Below are positions 1-11,415 of a stretch of DNA of 20,000 nt, piece by piece. Origin of the DNA: Acanthaster planci (taxonomy: Eukaryota); NCBI RefSeq assembly GCF_001949145.1, contig NW_019091361.1, positions 1,161,337 through 1,181,336 of the forward strand. The letters run 5' to 3'. Positions within the stretch are counted from its first letter, which is position 1; each line of letters opens with the position of its first letter. A program made the translations under genes and the position numbers. The notes beneath the pieces are model-generated. The model was not told the DNA's origin and did no database searches. It worked only from the letters and a program-made list of their open reading frames with translations.

Positions 1-315
1 CGATACATGATAATATACATATACCATAGGAATGGAGTCCAGAGACTGCAGACCTGACACCTCAGAATTGAAGACATGTCTTCAACTGCCTTGCCTGCAT
101 TTTACCCTTGATTCAAGGAAAGGCTTACAAACTTCCTGTTCTCAAGCACGGGGAACTTTCAGAAAACCGAGAACATACACCACCATGTGATCTTTAGTAA
201 GGAGGCTCTGTCTTCAGCATTTTGTACCACTGAGTGAAACCAAGTTACTTAGGTATGAAGCTTGACACTGCATTGATGCATTTTCAAAGTTTTGAACCAT
301 TCTGTTTGCATGCAG

Positions 316-520
316 GTCCAACACTCCTTTTTGAGCGTTACGCATCCAAAGGTCATCATGCAAAAGAGCGGTACTACGCATGCTCAGCATGTCGGGACAG
401 GAAGGATTGCAGCTTCTTTCAGTCAGCCGATGAGAGGGTGTCGGAGACTAGGTCAAAGGTCAGAGAAGAGCATAACAGAGCACAACAGCCATGGAAAAGC
501 CACGAGGACTTTTACAAAAG
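316..520 (+). CDS. ZCCHC4: ZCCHC4 exon (GRF-type zinc finger, C-terminal part)
   Basis: Acceptor ttctgtttgcatgcAG|316 and donor 520|GTACAT. Encodes (G)[67 protein letters not shown](R). Confidence 0.92.
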
Positions 521-3500
521 GTACATGCATTTCCTTTCTGTAACCTGTCCTCAAAAAAGAAATGTGAAATATGACTAATGAACCTATGGACATTGTTATG
601 TGCACAGATGCTAACTTGTGTGATTTAGGTGTAGTTTTTACGATTTGTTTCGTCCATTTATGACTGTACGAGCCAGACTAAGATTTTTACAATTTCCAAC
701 TCGAAGGTACAAAACCATACAGTTGTCTATAAACTGTACGTAAGCCAGCAGGGAGCCGGCCGGCCTCGTTAAGCGCGCATCAGAAATTTGTTGCTGACAT
801 CCCGCAGTGTGTGCATACAAACTGCATGAGTAGCAGTAGAAACCAGCATTGTTGAATCATCCATTCATCCCAATTAACGCTATGACGAACAGGGGGCGAA
901 TAGGCTCGATTGCACTTCATATGCAACATGATTGTGTACATCCATGCATGGTACATGTACCGATATCGTACACACGTGTGTCGAACGTCATGATCGTACT
1001 AAGGTTGACCAGATCGGAGTGGAGGACTGTCGAGGATTTGATTCTTGGATATTTGGTGGTCTGGATTTGTTTTGCACAGTGGCAACAAGTGAGCTGAAGA
1101 TCAGGGACGAATACGCCACAAAAATGGACCTTTATTGCAAAGTCTTGTCGACAAATGTTGTCGTGGAGAAGCTTACGTGTTTTGCAACGCATGTAACTGT
1201 GACATGATAAATATTGCCCACAGTGGATCTTACGACACTGAGAAGCACGTTGGTTAGGGCCAAGAAAAAATAGCTCTGCCTGTGATTAAGTAGGGTAGGT
1301 AGGTAAGGATTTTTGGACAGTTTTTTTGTGCTGATTGAACAGGACAGAAAGTGCCCAAAATTGCTACAAAAGTGAAAACTTAGCAGAATTAATGTGGAAA
1401 TATAATCAACTATTAATTACATTTATTACAGTGTTAGTCAGGTAAATTACAAGTGTTTTGAAGTGAAAAGAAGTTGTTGACAGGTGTTTGTTTTGAAAGA
1501 AAAGACAACAGGATTTTTAAAAACTTTTTTCTAATTTGCCGATGAAAATTTGGGGGGTTGCGCCAAAAAATTGGGATTGGTCAGGGAACCGGAACTGGAA
1601 GTGTGATAGGATTACACTTTTTCATTTTGAAAAGTTGGCATCTCTGAGTTAGTATTGAGTTGTGACAGGCCAAAGGAGCATTTGATATTTGCCCATGATA
1701 CAATGTAATATGAGTTCTACCTCATGAATTTGTTATTACATGTAGCTCCATAACATTTTCAATTAGGGATGAGATGAGGCCCAGGCAGGGAGCGTGACTT
1801 GGCTTGTATAGGGTCTGAAACCAGCACAGACGGTGGCTGACGTATGGCCCATGTGTCGTTTGAGAGTTGGCCTTGTTGGAGACTGTGATAAGACACAGTT
1901 TGGGAGCTTGAGATTTGGTCAAGGTGGGGACTAAGAGCCCAAAGGCAGGCTGTCCAACCAAACTGTGTTTGTGGGTTGTAGAAGAGGCACATACAGCTCG
2001 GTGTACTGAATGGGGAAAGCCTGGCCAAGATAAGATGGGAAGATGGATATTAGCAATAATTCAGAATCATTTGGACGCTAAGCAAACAAGCATATCCTTG
2101 GAATAATTCAGAATCATTTGGACGCTAAGCAAACGAACATACAGTATCCTTAGAATAATTTAGAATCATTTGGACATTAAGCAAACAAACATATCCTTGG
2201 AAACAAGAAGACTTGGTCACAGTTTCTTTATGTCGTTTATATTTCTCTCTGTGCCTTGATTTTAGTTGTCCAAATGGAACTTGAAAATTGGGCATGCCAA
2301 CAAAAAACCTAAACTTTGCCCCTTCTAGCAGAATTCTCCAGTGCAGACAATTCACAGCAGGATAGCTTCATTAAGATCTTGTTCTATCCAGGGAGATGTG
2401 ATTTTATTCCATTCAGGATGGAGGCCACAAAGGACTTGAAATGGAAGGACAGGAGGTTTTGTGTGGACTGCAGCTTGTTGCTCTACCCAAGGGAATTCAG
2501 GGAACACGCCAAGCACACGGTGAAATCCAGCCTGACCGACGAGGAGCTCAGACAACCATCCCACCTGCTAGTTCCTCTAGAGAACAGTAAGACAAATGCG
2601 GTGAGTATAAAGTTGGAGTCCAGAAATCTTCTGTGGATCCTTTGATCCTTTGATCCTGTGAGTGATCATGGGAGGGCATTCCTGGATTACAGCCAGTTAC
2701 AGTGTCCCAGCCCATCTGCCTCCTTGCCAGCTACTGGTACATGGGGGTATATACCCCCTATTTCCGGCACAAATTCATGCCACTGGCCATGTATCAAGTA
2801 GACACAAATGAGAAGTGGAACACACTCTACTGTGATAAGAATAGCGTAGTGTCTAGGGTAGATTCATTTTTTGAGGCATGTTTCCATGTTTTGGAAACGC
2901 TTCAGCAGGCAGGAACTGTTTTTTGGGAGGACATGTTGTTTGTAGTGTGTTCCTCATTGCCCTATTGTTTTATATTACTCTGTTTCTTTTTTAACCCTAC
3001 CCCCCAGGTCCTTTTATTAAGAACCATCCTGAATCCTCCGAAATCTTCCAATTTTCAACATAAGAAAATTGCATTCAGCCCAAATCCGCTAAAATCCTCC
3101 AAAACTTCTTGAAAATGTCATTTGGAAGTGTGCCTAACTGCCCGAATCCTTCAAAATCCTCTGGCAATTCCTGTGCGAATGGCACTCTTGAGCTGTGCGG
3201 TTGATTCAAAAGAAATGTCGGGCTGAAATTGTGCTTGACTAAGCAGAAACAACATAAGGTCTAATCCACGATCTTCACGTATGGCATCCTTCAGAATCAG
3301 CCATGCACTTTTGCCATACATCCTGAATCCTCCAAATTCCTCCACTTTGCAGAAAAGGATTTTGGAGGGTATTGGAGGGTTAGGGTTAGTTATAGGTTTT
3401 GCCCTTACCCAGCGTATATGTTTTTATAAATACTGTATACTCGGTAATATTCATCGACCAATCATATATGTCACTTAAGGGCCAAAACTGTAATTAAAAT

Positions 3501-6500
3501 CCTCGATGCAAAATACAGGTACATGTGCATCTTGAAACTCCGGTTCTTGTTGCGTCACCATCTTGACCCTGGTTAGATTTGTGCTGTGCACCCCCTACCC
3601 AATTTGTTCGTTAACAATACCGGATACATTTTGTCTTTCAGCAATATCTGTTTTCACAGGAGGCTACCGAATTCCTGGTGTCGAGTGTCAAGGAGTTAGG
3701 CTTTGACCGAGTTCTGTGTGTGGGAGTGCCGAGGTATTAAAATGTGATATCTTTGAATGTTTACAATTTCATCAAACTGTAGAGTGATCTTAGCATTTAG
3801 AAGACATGTCTGAGGTGGCCAAATCCATGTTCCTACTAGAGAAATGCGCGTGCCTGTATGCACCTCACATGTATGGCTTATGCCTCAGCACAAACCACTT
3901 CAGCATTGTCTGCTAAATGTAGCTGCCTTTAAGTAAGTTCACAGCTTTCCAATCAGAATGTAATGAATTGAAAAAGTCCAGCAGGTGGTTTCGTCAGAAG
4001 TGGTTCCACTTTGCCACAATAAAAAACATAAATGTTGCCTGTGCAAACTCTTTAAGCAAACCCATATTAAGGAAAGTGCAAAAATGTAGTGTACAATTTT
4101 ATCCTCACATCAGTTTCTGAGAATATTATTTACAAGCACTTTTCAAAAGTATTTGGTTTGTTTGATCTGACTTACATGTATGCAACACCCTCCTTCCAGA
4201 GGCAAGTTTCTCTCAGTTGTTGCTTTATATATACATGTAATTTAAAATTCTCATCACTGTAGAAGTACTTGCAGGCCTCTGTCTGTGTAAATCTGTCCTG
4301 CCCTGTTCAATTCATTTTTAAAATCTGCCCTAACTTGTTTCTTTTGCAAAGGCTCATCCAACACATTTGGCACATTTCTAGCTTTGTAATGGATCATGGT
4401 CTTCATTTTGAAAGTCCTGTTAGGAGTTGTGAGGGTCTTCTGGTCTTTTTAGACTTTGTGTGCAAGAAGTAAGAACGATTTGAATCTGAACCAATCTTTA
4501 GAGGCCTGAAATCAGTGGAAAGAGGCCTTCAATCAGAGGAAGTGTGCACTGTGTTGTGGTTAAAAGTCAGTGTTGTTAATCAGCGATTGTGCATGGCTTT
4601 AAATCATTGTGTCTTGTCCACACAGCCACAATTTCCACAGTCGAGTCATGCAACTGGCTTACCTTATGACACGGGATACCACATATATCACAATTTCGTC
4701 TTTTGTTGACAGCGGTCTCACTCACTGGATATCTACCAACTGCAAGGCGTTGTAACTGACATTGACCTACCACTTGAGCTAGAAACAGGCCTTCTGAGGA
4801 TAATAATTTTCCAGGGATAAATGTTGGTGGGCGTACCATCTTGTGAATTGTTCCTATTGTCCACACATACGTGCTTACTGTTTATTTTAAATGCATTTCA
4901 TCAGTCCCAAAGAAGTTGAGCATGGTGTAAGGAGTCCTCTTTCTGCTTTTGTTTTTAGATTACATGAAGCGATTCAGACAAGGCAGTCATTGGGGCTGAA
5001 CAGTCTTCTACTGGATATAGATCACAGATACGTAAGGCTGCACACACTCAGAAATCTATTTTTACAGTTGTGGTAAGCAATGATATAACATGGCCTGAAG
5101 CTGCCCAGATGCTTCAGAATCTAAAAAAAAGGTTTAGTAGGATTTTGTAGGGCCAGGGAAGGTAGAGCAAGTGAATTCTTACTTTACAATTAGTATATTC
5201 CCCCTTAAGTAAATAGCAAGAACATTGTGCACTGATGAATTTGGGTAGATTCGTAAGTCATTAAATGGGGGGAGGGGCTGAAGATCTACCCCCTGTTTTT
5301 TTTCCATCATCACAATGCTTTTTCTTTTCTGTCCCGAACGTTCTGGAGCTATTCCAGTAATGTCTCATGATCATATTGACATCAATTATAAATAGAAAAA
5401 AATAGACATACCATTCTCTTGAGATGACAATTTTTCTGAGGCAGGTCAGCCAAAAATGTCAGTTTTGAAGTTTCCCAATGACATGCTCAAGACACACGGC
5501 ACAATAAGGCCATAAACTACAAATGACCATCAAACAAAACACTGTGTTAGATTGCACTGGTGCTTAAGAGATGTGCTCATAATGAAAGTATTTACGTGCT
5601 GCTGTGAGATGGTCCAAAAACAGCTGAATCAGGGTTAAAATTCGTGGCGAAAATGTCTAGGGAGTAAACTGGGAGTACTTTGATGCAGATTGCACATGGT
5701 GTTTGATGAATACTGCCCTCTACTGATTTCAAAGCCAGACTTGTTTTGAGATAATGTCTTTTCAACTTTTGTCAGTACACATGTACATGTTATCCTTGAC
5801 TTCATTGCAGACGAATGTGTACCTGTAGTATGTTAAGGCAAAAAAAAATCTTTGGTCAGCGTGCACATCGATTTCAAGCATAGGCGTCAAGTTTTTTTTC
5901 TCTGCTAGAGCTGCTACAGTGCCCTCTATTGCCAAACTGCCTCAAGATTTTTGCAGGCAGCTCGATCTTTTACTCAGGGCGATACATCTGGATGAGATTG
6001 ATGTTGAACAATGATAGCAGACTATGGATACGAAGTTGTATGTAGTCAGCTTATAATCATAATGAAGCTGGTCTAGTCCCATGACTCGACAACGTGTCTG
6101 CAATTGTCCATACAATCCGACCCTGGAGGAGCGGCGTCACCGCATCAATTTAGGAACGTCAGTCTGACCAGAGACAAACTGTATTTTTCTTGCTTAATTT
6201 CCAGTGTTTAAATGAATAGCTGTCAGTTATATAACAAGTTTCTGTAAAGGTCAAACAACTTTGGGAAAATCATTTAGATGTGTCATAATTAAGGCCTGAG
6301 CTCTGACAAGGTCTCCCAAGTCCATCAGAGGTGGTTGAGTCTCAAGTCAAAGTCATACACTTATCAAAATGAACTGTGATATTCTTTGGTCATAGTTATC
6401 CTTGCTTCTGTTTACTTATGTCCATACGATTGAATTCACTTGTGACAGAACTTTGATAGACTTAGCCAAATTACTGAAACTGTGGTGAATATACAGCCAT

Positions 6501-9500
6501 TGACGATTATTACAAGATTTTAATCAATTTTCTGATTCCATTTATTTACGAATACATGTACTTTTTGCTTAAAGTCACATTGAAACCGATCTTACAGTAT
6601 GCATATAAAAGGAAGTAAAGATCATCAGATTCAACCACCGTAAACTTTATTGGTAATTTTTTAAAGGAGCATAGGTTATTGCCAGCTTCTCATTTTTCAC
6701 AAAAGAGAGATGAGGGAAGGGGTGTATGTTGGTATGTTGGGAGCCAGGGCTAGGATAGGGTACAGTGGAAGGTCAGTTGTCAGTAAAATTGTCACTATAA
6801 AAACCCTGATATTTAATTTTTGCCGGTATCTGTGGCATGTGTTGTGCTCCAGGGCCAGTTCTACCCTCCGAGCCTGTTCTGTCGCTACAACATGTTCAAC
6901 GACCACTTCTTTGAAGGGGAGCCAAGCAGGAGTATCTGTCGGGAGTTCCTGCATTGTAACCGTGGCAACAATGTGGTAGTGGTCACAGACCCTCCATTTG
7001 GGGGGCGGGTTGAAATTCTGGTGGAGGTGTTGAAAAGGATGATGGCACTGTGGAAGGAAGGTGCACATGGTAAGGGCTGCATGATGTTTGAATGCTATTT
7101 TAGCAGGGCACTTGAGCCCCAATAAATTGAAGGTTTTTGCCTTCATATTTGGAATTTCCCCAGGCTTAATTCAGCTTAATGTTATTTAAAGTTAAGCTTT
7201 GAAGTTAAACGTTTTGTTTCTCATATTACTTCGATGTTTAAATTTGTGGAGGGATTTTTCAAATTTGATTTGTCTGTAATATTTGAAAGCCATTTGTGTC
7301 TGTCCTTTGCAATCTTTGTGAGGTGTATGGGTATTAACATAGACATGGATTATCTGCCTCTAGCAGAAGTACTCCCTCATTGGCCAACGTTGGTCAAGAA
7401 TGTTAATTTTGTTGGTAGCGATACAACCGTAACACAAGCATTTCCAAGTTGTTTGTGAACCAGTGAAGTGCACTTTATAGTGCTAAGGTTGCCTGCATTG
7501 CTGGGAAAGTTGTGCCCTCTCTTGCTCCAGCTCGGGGTTCACTGAGAACTTCTCATCAATCAAAACCTGTAACCTTTTAATTATAAAGAGACTTCCTAGT
7601 TTATTTGTCACACTGTACAACTTCATGTAATTCAACATGGCTGTGCTGAATTGTTCTAAAGTAATTAATTTATAATTCACAGTGGCAAATATCCCCAACT
7701 CACAGTAACTTTCTTACCTTAAATGATACTTATGCATGTACATGTCCTTGTGTACCTGCTATTTCAGTGCAAAGCAAAACCAATCCATACTATCTTTGAG
7801 GGGATTTGATTGGATTTGGGGGAGAATTGATGGATTTCGGGAAGGGCTGGGAAAAAGCAATTTAATTGTCATAGGGTTGATGGAGGCTGGGGGGAAAGAA
7901 ATTATGATGTCATCAGTTTTCAAAGAAATATTTCTCAACACAGGGCCAGATTCGTCAAAAGAACTGCCAGTCATGTGGATTTTCCCTTACTTTCTGGAGC
8001 ACAGGATTGTGGCAGGCCTCCCCTCATTTGTCATGCTTGACTACAAGGTGAATACCATTCTCCTTACTGAGTAAAAAAAAGGGAAAATAACGTCCCTGGT
8101 ATACATGTATGTGACCTGTTGTTTCTTATTTTGAGGGTTCAAAGTCATAGTGAATTGGAGGTCAATTTTTTTAATAGTTGGAAACAGTAACCGGTCTCTT
8201 ATGCAATTCCAAATATTTCATAGGATCGTATATTTAACCACTTCCTGCCAGGGCAGTTATCAATGTTGATGATGCTTGGCCGGGATATTTATCATTTTTT
8301 TCTGTTTTCAAAATTCTTTAAAATTCCTATCTTTATTTACTGGACACTTACAAACACGTGAAGGACTGTCTGGTGGCCCCTCTAGCCTGACAGACAAAAT
8401 CTATTGACGCCTGAGTATTTCAGCCAGGCCTGCAGCCTTGTAAAAAGAGCCCAGATTGTGCGGTGTTCTATAACTTTCTTTCGTTCACGAACCTGGCTCA
8501 GTGTGCTGTTGACCTCTTTTCAATAGGGGCCAGATTAGCATGCTGCAGTGCTGTGTGGCTTATCGCTGCGGTGGTGGAGCGCTTTTGTCCCCGATGGTAA
8601 TCTGCTCGCTCTGAATGCCCCAAACGGTGGTATACTGTTTCAAAACAAGGCTGGATTATCTTCACTTTTGAGAGTGAAAAAATGTAGCTGATTTCCAGCA
8701 GCCTGGTCTTTTGTTTCAAGTACAGTCTTTTGTTACAAGGCCCTGCTCCCTTTGTCTGGATCTTCAATCCCCGGCAGGAACTGGTTAAAAAGGTCATTTT
8801 TTCAGCAATTTTGATGATAGCATTATTATTGTCGGGTAAGAAAAGCGATGTCTGAAACAAAGATGCAGAGCTGCCATGCCACATTGTCACCTTATGAATG
8901 TACATGTACTTCTACCGTAAGTGTTCCATTTACACCGTTGGAAAGCCCTTTTTCTGCTGAATTCCCAAATACAAATATCTCAGTTTTTGAAAATCCCAAC
9001 TTTCAGCTCATTTGGTGGTGACAGGTCACATATATGCCCTTGACAATAATGTGCATAAAAACAATGCAAATGACTCCAGCCACAAAATGCTACATGTACA
9101 TGTATGTAGACTGTTAACCTTAGAATGAACATTCTGTAGACACAAAAATAGACGGGTGTTTATTAAACCAGAAAGAGACATTGTTTGTTATTGTTGATAT
9201 GTAGCATTAGTGCCGTAGCTCTGTAGAGTTCAGGGCTGCTCATGTACATGTGGAAAATATTTTTCAATTTTAATTGAAACTCTTGCCAAGATCAGTCCTA
9301 AATCCGCCAGGAAATTTGGCAGGATTGAGGAGAGTACACCTCAGTAGCTCTTGTTTGATGTGGGGGATTTAAGGCATGGAACTCGGGGATCCGGCCAGTA
9401 AGAAAAGCTGAGAGCTTATGAGTTAATTTGATAGATGTTACTCAATCTGGTGATTTTGCCATTGAGTCTGCGTTGATGTTAAGGGCAACATGTAAAGAAT

Positions 9501-11384
9501 ATATGCTGACCATTATCCGAGAGGAAGTGTTCTTGAAAATGCTTGCAAACAAATCAAAGAGAGATAAAACATGAACAGTCAGAAATTCTTTAGGGGTGCA
9601 TTAGTAATGTTACTAAATGAATTGGCATATTATTTTATTAATGTTGACGCAAATTGTTCAGGACATGTTCTTAATTGTTTCCTAGGTTGAGTATAACAAC
9701 CACCCCCTGTTTCAGCACAGCAAGAAAGCCTGTAAAAAGGGCTCTCCTGTTCGCATCTTCACAAACATCCCTCCTTCAAAAATTGTTCTACCTGCCAGTT
9801 ATGGTTATCGGTGAGTGCGTAATTTTTGTTTCTGTTTGAATTAGAATTATCATTAACTTTCTGCTGAGGTTGCAAGGATTATTCTGTTACTCAATTAATC
9901 GATTGGTCTGTTGATTATTCAGTCACATGTTTCTAATTCATTTACATGGTCACATGCTTGTATTTTTCCACTGGTTTCACTGCATCCACTCTGGGTCAAG
10001 GATTGCCTTGCCAGTTAGATGTACATGTAGATGTCTGTTTGCATAGGTTAAATTGGAGGTGTCTTTCTCCAGAAAAGGTCGAGGCACGTAACCAGGGTAG
10101 GCTGAAGTAATTTATTTCCTTTATTCCATGCTGGTGGAACAGACGTATCTAAGCTTATAGGCCCTGGCCCTGTGACTTGTCTTTATTACAACTTTCTCTA
10201 CAATTCTTGTGACTTTTCATGTTTTGTCCTTCTCAAAGTTCCAAAAAGCGTACAGTATACTGTGCATCGGGGAGATGTTAATTTACATTATGGGTTTGCT
10301 CTGAAACTGACAAATTTTCATAATTCCGATTATTAATACATGTATCTATCAGTGTCAGGGTAAAACCCATAAATTAAAACTACTTTTCAAGTCGTGTTAA
10401 TGTGCCTTTGGTCGTTTTGATGTAAAAGGTGCAATTTCAATTTTATTATTATCTCTTGATTGATTGATGCCACTCTGTGGAAGTAAAAGCTTCCTTTCTG
10501 AAGGCAAAAGAGAGCAGACCAAAGGTGTCTTGAACAAAATAATCTCAAGCATTTTGCACTGGATGACATGACCATTTCATCTCACCATGATTATGAGTGT
10601 GACATTTTTCCAAACCAATCAGAATCTCCTATCAGTAAGCCATTAATACATCCACGATGGGGATGACATTGCTTAGATGCGTTTGTCTTATCCTGCATTA
10701 TCCTAACATTGTTTTTGAAGTGCAGCTGTACCGCTGATGTGGCTGGGAAAGATACCGCCTTCGGGAAAAGTGAACACTGTCAGCAAACATTTTTTAAAAA
10801 TTGTGACATTTGAATGCAAAGATTGGCCCCACTGAGTTGCATTTTAAAGATGCCCTAAGACACAAAGGTCCTCTAGAGGATTTCTTCCATGTACTTGTTT
10901 CTCTGTGCTTGTTGATTAAACATAATACAGTTCATCCAACTTAATTGTCCATATGAGCACTGATAACAAGGAAATTTTTGGATCCCAATCCTTTGTTCTT
11001 TACTGTTTTTATTCCTGATAATAAGCAGTTCCTCTTATCCGCCCCGAGCTGAAGTGCACCCCCAATCAGCAAAAAGAAAGACAGGTGGTTACAAGCGGGT
11101 TCTTGCGCGCATTCTGCATGTACGCAAAGACCATACATGCCAGAATAAATTAGTTACGCGTACTCAACGCGCTCTGTGTCAAAAGCGCATACACTTGGGC
11201 GCCTCGTGCATTGAATACCAAAACAAACACGCCCTCTTTTGTTCCGCTTGGAGTAGATAACAATTTGCACGTAATGTGCAAGAACCTCTTATTAATGTGG
11301 TTCAACTGTACGTGAAGCTAGACATACTAAACAAGCATTCAGCCTTGCGATTAAGTGATCAAGGCCCTAATCAAAAGTGATTGC

Positions 11385-11415
<31 letters not shown>

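Noticed and set aside
2055..2200. Repeat array as a CRISPR-like locus
   Set aside because: Units are head-to-tail with no unique spacers, and the context is a eukaryotic intron.
3734..3743. GTATTA donor as a U12-type intron
   Set aside because: It does not match the GTATCCTT consensus. All introns look like ordinary U2 GT-AG introns.
5232..5256. CTGATGA followed by a hairpin, a possible hammerhead ribozyme core
   Set aside because: No GAAA follows the stem and stems I and III are absent. The other CTGANGA sites I checked on both strands failed the same way.
5261..5638. Possible piggyBac-like MITE ending CTGAATCAGGG|TTAA
   Set aside because: No matching left TTAA|CCCT terminus was found, so only one end is suggestive.
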